Below are positions 27,473-50,116 of a stretch of 64,000 bases of DNA, piece after piece. Source of the DNA: Eledone cirrhosa (lineage: Eukaryota); NCBI GenBank assembly GCA_964016885.1, contig OZ024751.1, positions 37,510,001-37,574,000 on the forward strand, in the 5' to 3' direction. How positions within the stretch are numbered: the stretch's first letter is position 1; each line of letters opens with the position of its first letter. A program made the position numbers and the translations under genes. Below the pieces are notes generated by a model. It was given only the letters and a program-made list of their open reading frames with translations, was not told where the DNA came from and ran no database searches.

Positions 27473-27663
27473 GTAGTAACACAATAGTTAGTTCACCATA
27501 CCGAGAACAATTGTTTCACCTTATGCGAGTTGAAGATCCGCATAAGGTGAAACAATTGTTCTCGGTATTGTGAAATAACTGCTGTGTTACTACTTATACC
27601 AACCTCGTCCCATGGACTGAGTGCTCTACCACTACAGATATTACCTTCCAGTGTTCTACCTTT
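27473..27663 (+). mobile_element. Hairpin element family D with a near-complete minimal hammerhead
   Basis: Arms 27473-27527 and 27539-27593; hammerhead 27526-27564; ~70-bp tail then (TA)n. Confidence 0.8.
27526..27564 (+). ncRNA. Minimal type I hammerhead ribozyme-like motif (C3>U)
   Basis: cgag-TTGAAGA-t cc gcataa gg t-GAAA-CAATTG-TT-ctcg: stem I cgag/ctcg, palindromic stem III, GUU triplet. Confidence 0.55.
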
Positions 27664-28964
27664 ATATATATATATATATATAGTTGACACGATTGCATTC
27701 ACACAGATTCTCTCTTATATGAGTATAATTCCGAAATTGCCATGCTGCCGGATGGAACATCCTAACTACTTAACTAAACACCAATGCCTGTCTCCTCTCT
27801 CTACTGCACCGTATTCCTGTCTCCGTGTACTGAAACGGCAACGAGATATTTTGGCGAACTCTGTTTGACAGAAGGAGACGTCATAAAAGGGAACATATTT
27901 CTATAGCTATCAAATTATTACAAATATAGAATCTATTTGAAATACGTCAAACTTGGTTTAGCTTCAGTGAATACAATATTTTCTCTTTCTTATAACCCGC
28001 GTCAGTTCTAAATATACCATGCCAATCATTTGTATGAACACTACTTCATATGTGATACTTCAGTATGTTTACCAATAACATTTTGTAAAAATATGTTAGT
28101 TTCCAAAAAGATTTATATTAATTTGCTATATTTGCAAAAGAAACGTAAAACATATTTTTAATGCAACAGTTTAGCTCTTTTCGTTGCCTATTTTGTTTCC
28201 AAAATTGGATTAATCTGAGCAATTCAGAGGTGGACTTTGACACGTATGAAGAAATAACTCTTTAATTTAATGATGGTTAGACGATTTCCTAGTGCCCACT
28301 TTTAATGAAACATATTTGCATCATTTTAAAATGAATGCAAATAATTTACACCCAATAATTGAACACAAGTTATAATTACCTCACCAGAATTAACAGCCCA
28401 CATTAAATAAAGAAACGTTGTTTTATTCATTAGATACAGAATTGTTTGAAAATAAACAAACACGTCCACAGAAAGAACTTATTTCCATAAAGAGTAAACT
28501 ATGATAAATGACCAAAGGCAAATGTCAGATGTATTTCAATTGAAAGTTAAATGTGGAAGCAAGATTTAAACAATTGTTATTTTCAAACACAGTTTTCCTT
28601 TTTATATATAGACAGACAAGATGGAGTAAATGATAGAAACTCAAACCAAAGTGGAGACAAAGAAGGCTGGAATAATGAGAGAAGTTGACATTGTATATGG
28701 ACCCATGGTTATAGGAGCAGCGTAGTGACATATGTCACGTTTTGAGAACTTTTATATCCTGGCTCAGTCCATATAGTCGCCAAGCTTTCTTTTGGAGGAG
28801 GAGAGAGAAAGAGAGAGACGGGGAGGAATAGAATGTTAGAGTGATAGAAAAGGCGTGAAAGCCTGGCAGAAATCATCTCATCTCAAAATCTAATTGTTTT
28901 CAATCCTCCTCAAGAAGAAATCTGTTGTGGAGATAATGGAATTGAGAAGGAGATATAGAGAAAG

Positions 28965-29125
28965 AATCGAACCCAGTACTAAACTGTTACTTTTTTTTAT
29001 CGGGCTCGAAAGGATAAAAAGCAAAGTTGACCTCGGTTGGATTTGAACTCAGAGAACAAAGAGCTGGAAAGAAGAACGCAATGCATTATATCCGACGTTC
29101 TAACGACATCGCAAATTCAGCGCCT
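28965..29125 (-). mobile_element. SINE family 1, older diverged copy
   Basis: gcaaagttgacctcggttggatttgaactcag ... tccgacgttctaacgac. Confidence 0.75.
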
Positions 29126-30740
29126 AATCGAGAGAACATTGATGAAACGAAAAAGAAAATACCTAATTATATTGTAGTCATTTGATGTGTTGTATTATCA
29201 TCATCAATTCATGTAAGTGAAGTGGACAGCGATGAGATATGTACCAGAGAGATGTAATCTGCATGAAGAGAATGATTTAACTAATTGATGGATTATCTAT
29301 CGTGAAACTGATTGAATCGGGAACATGCTTAGATTGTGATATACTTAGAATCAGAGTGCAGAAAATAGAAATTAAATTAGGAACTAACACCTCCAGGAAA
29401 GATTAATAGACGAATTAAAGTATTTCTATGTCAGAACAAACATGAAAACCACTTCCAACGGTAACATTTAGAGTTAAGTAGGTTTGTCACGTTCGCTACT
29501 TCAAAATGTGTCTTCTGTTTCCAGGTGCAATGCTAAGAACCTTAAATATGGTCATTCTACAAGCTAGAAAGACCAGCTAAATATCCGTCAAATCACACAA
29601 TACCTTCTGTAAAATCATAGAAAACATTGATTAGTGTAATCCTAGGTAAATGTATAGACATATGCATTTAATTACTGTTTTTACCGTTTTACTGTAATTA
29701 CTGTTTTCTATCTAGATAATTATGATTCATCGTCGTTGGCCGTAATTCATATCCGAGAATGTACCAATGTTGCAGGTACTTACCTTTATCGTGATTGCGT
29801 TGGGGACCAAGTAGATCAATTATTACAAAGCTTCAGATAAACGTTAACTCAAAGTCTCAGCAGAGAGATTTGAAATGTGTCACTTTAGAAGATGGTGAAG
29901 CGGATGCCCTAAAGTGCCAGTCTAACTCAAGAGTCTCATGCTTTGTGATTGATATCTCCACCCCAATCTCAAATAGGTTCCGAAACTTAAGAGGCCAAAC
30001 TTTTTAGCCGTTATGTTTTCAATTATAGTTCTAACAACGAGATGTCGGTACTTTAACATTTTACCATCTTCAGCCTGCCGGGTGGCGGAGCCTGGAACTG
30101 AGGCTGTAATTTGACAAGTAAACTATTCGTTCGAATTCAAACACAAACGAAAGTTAAAGAATTAAGAAAAGAAACTTAGTTACGTGTTTCAAAATATAAC
30201 AGGTAGGGTTTAAAGAAATATATATATATATATATATATATAAAGAAGTGTACCATAAATGAACCACGGGAAGCACGTTTTCATGTGTAATCATTAAAAA
30301 ACTATACAGTCGAGGGATATGCAATGTAAAATGTATCGATTAGATTGTTTCTAAAAGAGGACATGTTCAATCGATTTGCTGAGTGTCTGAATATCAATAA
30401 GTGTTTCGAAAGTACAGCGCTAGATTGCTGAAGAATATTCCATACCATATTTCTGTCTGGCGTGTAATCTTTTAAAAACAGAAATAAAGCTCTAAATTGG
30501 AAGAAGACTATGTATATTCTTAAGAGGAAACTAAATTTCCTGGAGCAATACTTGGCAGTATTGATGATAGAAAATTGCAAAAATAGGCTGGAAGTAGTCG
30601 AAAAAAAAAAAGAAAAAAAAAAGAATTATTTCCGTACGCAATTTTATAAAGGATCGAAAATATTATATAAACTACTTACTGAAATACTGAAACTCAACGA
30701 TCATACATGGACGTGGAGATAGACACACTTGTACATCACG

Positions 30741-40552
<9,812 letters not shown>

Positions 40553-41350
40553 AACTTGATGAGCAAGTGTGTCTGACCGTCTTCAGTATATGTATGATCA
40601 TTGGAAATATGTGTGTGGGTGGGTGTGGTGTGGGTGTGGGTGCGCCAATTAGTCATTGGTAGGATAAAATATATTATTTGCTTTGTACATTCCTGAGAAC
40701 TGCTATAGCACAGAATAAGAATAAGACGATTGTCGTATTTCTGCAGCTATTTTTGTATCATAAATTGTATTATTCCTGTATGGTAATATTTTTAACACCT
40801 TCTTGTATGTGTTCAGGACATAGTTGTTACCAATTTATCAGAATGCAACTATATATTCAAATTGCTTTTAGTCGTGTAAAACCTACATTGAGTATCGGAA
40901 ATTAGCAGTTTTTGAGACTAAATAATTCGTGGTATTTGTGACCGGTTGTATAAATTGCTGAGCTTTTAACGCGTCAGATAGCATATGGCCTAGACTCAAG
41001 GCTTGAAAGCGAGGAACCTGCATACATGGGCAACCTCAAGTCTCACAAATATGCCATTGCGCAAGAGAGACTTTCACAACATAGATTCCACGACTCAAGA
41101 TATACTGAGCCCTAACTTCACTGGCGATATAGATGTTGTTCATAAAATGTATCGAAGTTTAATTATTAAATCATTTTCTTCTTACAAACTGCTACAGTTT
41201 GAGGGTTAAATGAACAAAGCGTACAATTATATAGGTTTGGAAATCTAAAGTTAGTAAAGATAAAGAAGCTCCCAGGAGATTTGAACACAATCACTTCAGA
41301 TACAACCAGTTTATTTCATCATATCGTGTTTTAATATTATTATCGCAGTA

Positions 41351-41572
41351 AGGGCCGTGCATTGGCAGTATTGGCGGAGCGTCTGACATGCTTTACGGTA
41401 TAGAGTTACGGACATTTACAATCTGAGTCCGAATCTTACCGAGGTTAGCTTTGCCTTTCATCATTACGGGGTCGATAAAATAAAGTACCAGTAATGCACT
41501 GAGGTCGATTTAATCGACTTTCCTTTCCCCCAGAATTTTGGCCATTTTCCTAAATCAGAAAGCAATATTATT
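41351..41572 (+). mobile_element. SINE family 1 (long-3' subfamily)
   Basis: ttggcagtattggcggagcgtctgac ... gcctttcatcattacggggtcgataaaataaagtaccag. Confidence 0.88.
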
Positions 41573-42089
41573 AGAGTCGTGAACGAATTAAAGAATTATC
41601 TATGTAATTTAATTTTTCGAAGCAGGGAATATTGCAAGCTCTCTACATAAGAATCACTCCTGTAGTAATATCTAATATTCAATATTGGTACGTAGAATCA
41701 TTGGCTTATAACAGATCAATATACGGATTCTAACCTCTCTAGAATTATGCCTAAGTTTAATGATTTTACAACTTGCTGGAGGCATACACAAAAACTATTT
41801 CCACAGTAGAAATTAGTTCGTCTGACTAGTAAAGTCAGATGCTAAAGTAATTACAATACAGAAAAGGTTGTTTCACCAAATACATACACACGTATATATA
41901 AATACACACACACACACATAAATACACACACACACACACACATAAATACACACCACACACACACTATATATATATATATATACGTTCGTACATACATACA
42001 TAGAGTGTAATGTGACAAATAATGAAATATATGCAGGAAAAAACTGCACAATAATACGGCAAAAGTCTGGTCATTACACACACACACAC

Positions 42090-42142
<53 letters not shown>

Positions 42143-42144
<2 letters not shown>

Positions 42145-42167
42145 GAGAGGGGAGAGGGAGATATACA

Positions 42168-42210
<43 letters not shown>

Positions 42211-42513
42211 TGAGAGAGGGAGAGAGAGAGAGATGGGAGAGAGATGGGAGAGAGAGAGATAGAGATAGAGGGAGGGGGAGAGGGGAGAGAGAGAGAGAAA
42301 GAGAGAGAGAAAAAGAGAGAGAAAGAAGAGAGAGAGAAAGAGAGAGAAAGAGAGAGAAGAGAAAGAGAGAGAGAAGAGAGAGAGAAGAGAGAGAGAAAGA
42401 GAGAGAGAAGAGAGAGAGAGAAGAGAGAGAAAGAGAGAGAAAGAAAGAGAGAGAAAGTAAGAGAGAAAGAGAGAGAAAGAGAGAGAAAGAAAGAGAGAGA
42501 GAGAGAGAGAGAG

Positions 42514-42563
<50 letters not shown>

Positions 42564-42610
42564 CGAGAAAGAGAAAGAGAAAGGAGAGAGAGAGAGAGAG
42601 AGAGAGAGAT
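42143..42610. repeat. (GA)-rich purine tract
   Basis: Direct reading. Confidence 0.92.
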
Positions 42611-43584
42611 GTGGGAGTGAGTAAGAGAGACGTGGGAGGGGGTGAGAAAAAGACAGAAGAAGAATCACCAACAGTGCTGGACTGGAAGTTGATTTATCGA
42701 CCTCGAAAAGATGATAGGCAAAGTTGATCTCTTTGACGTTAGCGTGTAGTGAGCTGGATCAAATACAGAGATATGTTTGATATTAGGATTAACAATAACC
42801 GAAGTATTATATGTTATAGCATTGGGAGTCACAGTAGCTCTTGTAGTATTTATTTTAATAGGATTCGTAGTAGCTCTCTGTTAAATTTATTGTTGCTAAC
42901 ATATTGGTAAAGTTTTATTAGGTTAAGCATATAGGGAACAAATGAGTCATTGTTTATTGCAAGAGAATGCATAATACCCATTGTCAGATGTAGGATAACA
43001 TATTGAAATATATTTACAATCCCACAAGATTAGAAAAATATGCATACTTATTAAATTTTAGATTTCTCTTTAAAACATACATCAAAATATTTTATATTTA
43101 TTTCTACACGTACACGCAATAACACATACATACATGTATGAATACATAGATGCATACTTGAATACTTATAATACATGCATGAATATTTAGATGCACGCTT
43201 GAGAAAAGAAAAACATACACATATATATATATATATATACATACATAATTTCATTATCTTCAATTTTAACAAAAAAAGATGTAATAGATAGGCTGAAAAT
43301 TATAACTTTAGTCTTGTCAAAAACGTTCTTGCTGACAGAATGGTATTTGAAGGCCATTAAAATAAAAAGCACATGTCCCCATCAGCTACTTGCAGCAATT
43401 ATGTCATTAAATACCAATAGCCAAGCCGGTTCTAACACCATCTGGAGTCACTCCAACTGGAGAATGGTTGTAAATATGTCAACGGCAGACTTTAGGAAAT
43501 TCCACGTGACATTCCTGCCGAAGAACATCTTATAATTAAAATGATTCATTTTTATTTTTCCTCTGCAATAGAATATTCCTGAAC

Positions 43585-43762
43585 AAAAAAGAAAAAAGAA
43601 AAAAGAAAAAAGAAAAAAGAAAAAAGAAAAAAGAAAAAAAGAAAGAAAAGAAAAAAAGAAAAAAAGAAAAAAGAAAAAAAGAAAAAAAGAAAAAAAGAAA
43701 AAAAGAAAAAAAGAAAAAAGAAAAAACAAAAAAAAAACAAAAAAAAAACAACAAAAAAAAAA
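43585..43762. repeat. (GAAAAAA)n A-rich repeat (polypyrimidine on the minus strand)
   Basis: Direct reading. Confidence 0.9.
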
Positions 43763-44016
43763 CATGAAGCTAAACTAAAGAATGAAAAGAATCAATGGTT
43801 TCTATTAAACATGCAATTTCTACTTGTCTATTCTTTGCTGTAGAATTAGCTCTATCATAGCTAGAATTTGAACAGCAGAATGGATTTGCGTATTCGGAAT
43901 TTTAAGCATGTTTCTTTGTATTTCTTTTGTTGTAACAAGAAGAGTAAATTAAAGTCAAAGTGAATATTCTCCAGTGCACAGATGTCCTGATATCTGTATG
44001 GCAGCACAGAGACTGC

Positions 44017-44418
44017 GTATAAGAAAGTGGTGTATATAAAAGTGGTGTAAATGAACGTGGTGTATCTGAAGGTGGTGTATATGAAGGTGGTGTATCTGAA
44101 GGTGGTGTATCTGAAGGTGGTGTATCTGAAGGTGGTGTATCTGAAGGTGGTGTATAAGAAAGTGGTGTATAAGAAAGTGGTGTATAAGAAAGTGGTGTAT
44201 ATAAAAGTGGTGTAAATGAACGTGGTGTATCTGAAGGTGGTGTATCTGAAGGTGGTGTATCTGAAGGTGGTGTATAAGAAAGTGGTGCATAAGAAAGTGG
44301 TGTATATGAGAGGGATGTATATGAAAGTGGTGTATATGAAAGTGGTGTATATGAGGGTGCTGTATAAGAAAGTGGTATATATGAAAGATGTGTATAAGAA
44401 AGTGGTGTATAAGAAAGA
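44017..44418. repeat. 15-bp minisatellite (ggtgtataagaaagt / ggtgtatctgaaggt variants)
   Basis: About 27 units at 15-bp period; one variant block recurs at 44027-44080 and 44192-44245. Confidence 0.93.
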
Positions 44419-44590
44419 ATGCCCAATCTATTTACGTATATTAAACATACAATTCTCTCTACAGGTATTCTATACAAGAGGTCGTATTATAATAACACCA
44501 GATATTAGTGTTTCAGAATTTATATTCAGATTCAGTAATGTTTAAAGACAAACAAACTCGAGAACAAGGTATAGCTTATATATATATAAT

Positions 44591-44773
44591 TGTTTCTATT
44601 ATTGGCACAAGGCCAGCAATCATTCAGTGCATTACTGGTACTTTATTTAATCGACCCCGTAAGGATGAAAGGCAAAGTTAACCTCGGCGGGATTTGAACT
44701 CAGAATTGAAAAGGCCGTAACTCTATGCGTCAAAGCATGGCGTATGACCCTCTACCGATACTGCCAAGCCACC
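44591..44773 (-). mobile_element. SINE family 1, full length, 17-bp TSD
   Basis: TSD gcttatatatatataat at 44574-44590 and 44774-44790. Confidence 0.93.
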
Positions 44774-44836
44774 GCTTATATATATATAATATATATAAAA
44801 TATTGTGTCTAAAGCAGAAACAATTATTATATATGG

Positions 44837-44994
44837 GGCCTTCAAATACCATTCTGAGTTCAAATCTCGCTGAAGTTAGCTTTGCCTTTCATTCTTACGG
44901 GTTCAATAAAAAAAGTACCAGTAATACACTGCGGTCAATTTAATCGACCCCCCCCCCCCTTCAAATTGCTGGCCTGATGTCTAATGTAGAAACA
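44837..44994 (+). mobile_element. SINE family 1, 5'-truncated with a foreign 5' segment, 11-bp TSD
   Basis: TSD attatatatgg at 44826-44836 and 44995-45005; body ctgagttcaaatctc...gtagaaac. Confidence 0.88.
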
Positions 44995-47419
44995 ATTATA
45001 TATGGAGGTAGATGTGTGAGTGTATATAAGCTATATAACCGATATGATGACATCATTATCATCAAAACCTTAGACATGCGCAGATACCTGTTCATATGTA
45101 ATGAGCCTTAACTTGCGCATGCTTTTATAAAATACATGATTTTAATCGGAAATCGATGATCATGCTGCTACTCTTAGGAACATTGATTTCTATATCTCAG
45201 TAATTATTAACCGTTAAAATTTCATAAAATACTAAATTGATTATAGGAATACATACTACATTATTCTTGCTACTACACTCCAAATAACAATAGAACATAT
45301 CGTAGTCATTATGGATTTGTTAACTTCCATTAACACCCCTCCTCCATCTAGAACTTTCACTACCGTAAATGGGAACTTCATACATCTTGCTGTGTATCCA
45401 TCTTATAGCCGTTACTAATTAACGAAATCACACTTTCATCAAACGCCACAACTTTTGTTTCAGCAATCATATACATCCAAACCTCTCTAACTTAATACAA
45501 TTCTACCTCAAAGCAAATATAACTGAGCCCTTTGGGATTTGCACCCATTTCCTTCCTTGAGTTTGTTATCGAAATTATTTGTTCTGACATCCTAGAAATT
45601 TGATTTTTTAGACGCTATTAGATTTATTGTGCACCCTGCACACCCACGTACAAAAATGCGCCCCAGTCACCAGATCTAACCAGACGAAGGGGGTCAATGT
45701 TATCCCTTTTTATTTCAATTGCTTATACTATCTGTTGGTCGAAACTGCTGAGAGATGTGGGTGAGATTTGAACTTAAAACTACCAGAGCAAGAGGAGATA
45801 CAGCGAAGCATCACTTTCAATTTTTCAACAATTTCTATCATCTACCGTTTACTGGACTGGAACTTTATAGACCTCAAAAGGGGTGAAAAACAAAGTAAAT
45901 TTTGTCAGATTTCACAGAGTTGGAAGAAATACTGAGGCACTTTTATATCAAACGTATATATTTCAAAATATATGAACCAATTACACACACAGTGGTAGAT
46001 TAAGGGTTCCATTGGGCTGTAAGAAAGGGCCCCATCAACATTTACTGAGTCCTAAAGTAATTTTCTGCTAACATAAATAACACGCACGTGTCCCGATTAA
46101 AATTTCAGCCAGAGAACCCATAGAAATTTATTCCATCTGCTAAACCCATATATGGAAACCTCAACATCTCCATAAACTCTGACTCTAGAGAAACCCCAGT
46201 GTGATGTGGTGGCAATTATGACCTGTGCGAAACTTTTATTTCAAGGAAAATTTCTCAGATGATCAAGTCAAGAATACTTTTATAAATATAATATCGATCA
46301 CTTAATGTTACATTAGTTCCGTTAATATCAAATCGATTTTGCATATGAAAGTCGCTATCATGAATTCTAGTTGATTTTCTTTGATTGCTTTTCCGTTTCG
46401 CTTTTGTGCAATATTTAGAAATAATATCTGGCTGTCAAATTAGTATAAGAATTACAATGCAGAATAAAACCATGCATATATTTTGTTGTTATATAGCTCT
46501 CCCTCCCTCTCTATTTCTCTGTTTCTATCTATCTATCTTTGTCTCTCTCTCTATATATATCCCTGTCTCTTTCTCACTCTCTCTCTCGCTCTATATATAT
46601 ATATATATATACCCCTTTCTCTTCTTTAAATAACAAAGTATAACAAAATCTTTACAAAAGAAGAAACAAATGAATTTAAAGATAATTGCTGTTATTTCTA
46701 TTTCATCAAGGGTTTTAAGCAAATAATTAGAATAGATTAAAGAATCACAAGAATGCCATAATACTATGAAACATACTCGTTTATCATGTTCATTTTCGGT
46801 AATTTCAGGTTTGGCTGCCAAAATAACACCGTTACATCACAGAATAATTTGGCTCACCTCCGCCATCTCACCATAATGAAACTAGGATATTTATAAACAT
46901 TATATATTAATTTAGAGTTTGATACATCCACTACATTTCATACACAATTATAGATGTATACAAAACTTTCACGTAACCACGCATTCTCACGTAAGCATAC
47001 TTATATAGGAAACTTCTACATACCCAAATACATTCATATATATATATATATATATACGCATGTAAACATGTAGGTGTCTGTGTGTCTAAGTCTACATTAG
47101 TAGATACATATAACTTTGGTAAAAAGCGAAGTGTAACGACTGTTGAATACAGAGGACTCAATATGTTATGTAGTGTGAAAGTGTTTCTCTGATGAAATGG
47201 TCTGTAACAGAATGTTTGTTCCAATTCTTTATACTTGCCGAATTTCGTAAATATAGTCTGGTAAAATGGTATTATCAAAATGAGTAAAAACATTAAATTA
47301 GAAGAGAGAGTGAAGGAAAGAAAGGATGAAGAACAGAGAGAGGGGGGGGGGGACATACACACACACACACACACAGAAAGTGAGGGAAAGAGATAGAATG
47401 AAGGAAGAGAGAAAGGCGA

Positions 47420-47628
47420 TAGTGAGAGAGTGTGGAAGAGAGATTGAGAGTGAGGGAGAGAGCGATTGAGAGTGAGGAAGAGAGATTGAGAGTGAGGGAG
47501 AGAGATTGAGAGTGAGGGAGAGAGAGATTGAGAGTGAGGGAGAGAGAGATTGAGTGAGAGAGAGCAAGGGATAGAGAGAGCGAGGGAGAGAGAGCGAGGG
47601 AGAGAGAGAGCGAGGGAGAGAGCGAGAC
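47420..47628. repeat. GA-rich minisatellite (gagattgagagtgaggga)
   Basis: Direct reading. Confidence 0.85.
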
Positions 47629-47763
47629 AAAGAAAAAATACAGAACAACGTCGAGTCTCCACACACAGATATTGTCATAATGCCGTAATGCAGACAGTCA
47701 GACATACAGACAGATATTATAAGGGCGTGACGTCATAGCTATGTATCTATCTAAAAAGACAAA

Positions 47764-48042
47764 CTAAGGAAGACAGACAAACAATAGAAACGATGAAAGT
47801 AAAAACTTTATTAGATCGAAGACGATATAAAGATGTCCATATAACCTATCTTTGATAACATCGAACACATTGTTGGACTTGTTACTGATCGATAATTTAT
47901 CGCTATATTTGGTGACCGTTTTATGAGCGCGTAGAACGATTTCTCTTTCTTTCTCTGCGATATTGGTTATAGATCTAACGAAATCGATTGTGCCGGTTAA
48001 GATGGTCAGAGTGGATGAAATGTAATAACCAGAAATGTCCAA
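47764..48042 (-). CDS. Possible exon or exon remnant of an unidentified minus-strand gene
   Basis: Non-repetitive 92-codon open frame starting exactly after ttttccAG (48050-48043), with a hydrophobic C-terminal segment; no recognised domain and no clear donor. Confidence 0.22.
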   Translation of the reverse strand: MDISGYYISSTLTILTGTIDFVRSITNIAEKEREIVLRAHKTVTKYSDKLSISNKSNNVFDVIKDRLYGHLYIVFDLIKFLLSSFLLFVCLP

Positions 48043-48315
48043 CTGGAAAACCTTTGATTTTATTTGTAGTTTATGATGACTTAATTACATCTAATATTCC
48101 AATTATAGAAAAAATAGACGCGAAACCTTTCGTTTTTGTCCGGGGTTTATTTGCTTAATGATAAAATAGCATATCGTGTCCTATATTAGTCTCAGAAGAC
48201 ATTCAGTCTAATTGTTGGTTACTTTGTTGAGCTCTATTAAAAGGTATGTGTGTAGAAATAGCTGTACATTAAAAGTTATTGACCAACGAGACATTTTAAT
48301 ATTATATTACTGAAT

Positions 48316-48467
48316 AAGGAGGTGAATCGGCAAAATTGTTAGAACATCGGACAAATGCGTATCAGTGCTAGCTCCAGCTCTTTACGTTCAGAGATCAAAT
48401 CTCACCGTGGTCAACTCCACTTCTTTTTCATTCTACGGTCGATAAAATATATTGGCAGTAAAGTACT
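48316..48467 (+). mobile_element. SINE family 1, old diverged copy
   Basis: ggtgaatcggcaaaattgttagaacatcggac...tttacgttcagagatcaaatctcaccgtggtcaac...ggtcgataaaat. Confidence 0.65.
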
Positions 48468-49088
48468 TATACTTAAATTAGAAATATTATATTTCTAAGT
48501 CATCCTCTAATCAATGTTGATAAATTAATAAATATTTAAATACCTGTAAATTATAAAGAAGAATTTATGTCCTGTATTTATTTTAAAAAATCGTTGTATT
48601 TAATTGCAGACACCTAACTGATATATAGTTAGCTGAGATATTGCATTCATTCGAGGGTACACAGTAATTCTTGCATAATTCTCTCCCACTTGTTTTCAGT
48701 TTGTTATTTTCATTATGTTTTAAATGTACTTTGAAAATTCGAAGTAAAGAATTTTATAATTGATCATGTGTTTATGTTGTTACAAAGAGACGCAATTTAG
48801 TTGGTGTATATTTTAACAGAGATACCTCAAAGTGGAATTTATTCTTAGACAACCACAAGCAGACAAAACTTCTATACACCATAAAGCGCTAGCAGACGTA
48901 ATTTGTTAAAGCAGATCTGAACACAACGCTACTTGAAAACAATTTATTTTGAAGGACAATATTCAGACATGCATCTGCCTGGTAAGAAAAGTAATTGTTT
49001 AGTCTAGACGAAAACAAAAGATAGGAAACAATATCTATTGATGAGTACCATGCTTCAAATCTCAATTGCTTTAAATTAAACTGAAATA

Positions 49089-49314
49089 TCTTCTAAAGTA
49101 CTGATTCCTTCAATCATTTTAAACAAATTTTGTTTGTTTATCCTGGAATGAATGAGTATTTATTGTATATATTCAGGTTGCATAATTAGACATGTTTAAA
49201 TCTTCTAAAATACTGATTTCTTCAGTCTTTCTAAACAAATTTTGTTTGTTTATCTTGGAATGGATGTGGGTGTTTATTGTATATATTCAGGTTGGGTAAT
49301 TACACATGTTTAAA
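49089..49314. repeat. Diverged tandem duplication, ~112-bp unit x2
   Basis: tcttctaaa.tactgatt.cttca...aaacaaattttgtttgtttatc.tggaatg...tttattgtatatattcaggttg at 49089 and 49201. Confidence 0.88.
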
Positions 49315-49543
49315 AGTTTCAATAGAAATTGATGCATGGAATTCTGTCTTTGAAATTATTTTCGTACATGTATATATATATATATATGTATATGTTAAGT
49401 ATTTGATAAACACCAGACAAATTGGTTGTAAACAAACCTGTATGGCGGAATATTTAATACAATAGCTATAACTGGCATTTAAGTGCAGAATATTTTAACT
49501 ACGAAATATATATATACATATATATATATACACACATATAAAT

Positions 49544-49663
49544 TTTCCACATTTAACTCACTACAAATATATATACACACTCCCAAGCACACACATACTC
49601 ACATATATGTGCGTGCATGCGTGGGGGTGTGTGTACATATATTTGTAGTGTTAAATGTGGAAA
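49544..49663. repeat. Imperfect ~120-bp palindrome between TA tracts
   Basis: tttccacatttaac..actacaaatat versus atatttgtagtgttaaatgtggaaa. Confidence 0.75.
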
Positions 49664-50071
49664 GTCCCTAATATATATATGTATATATATATATATATGT
49701 GTGGGTGTATCTGTGCCTGCGTGCGTGTGTGTGAGCGCGCGCGCGCGTGTGTGTCTCTGTGTGTGTGTGTATGTGTGTATACTGGACATAATACTAACAA
49801 AACTTGAAAGCAAGAGAGGGAGAATTAGAAAAAGAGAGAGAAGAAAGGGTGTTGCATGAAGTATTTAGTGTTAAATGATTTGTTATTAATCTTATGAGGA
49901 TATATTACTTGTAAATAACACCATTACACATATTTCATTTATCATATTTACTTCATACCAAACGTATTTACTTCTCTTTCTCTCTCTGTTTGCTCTGATT
50001 TTATCTTAATTTCACATATCAGCATAAAAAATAATCAACAAATACGGAACATAACACACATATACACCGAC

Positions 50072-50116
<45 letters not shown>

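Noticed and set aside
30074-30117. Small GC-rich plus-strand exon after ttcAG
   Set aside because: Stops in all three frames and a weak donor.
43902-44477. 191-aa SYTPL/DTPPS repeat ORF
   Set aside because: Product of a 15-bp minisatellite that is open in several frames; no splice or homology support.
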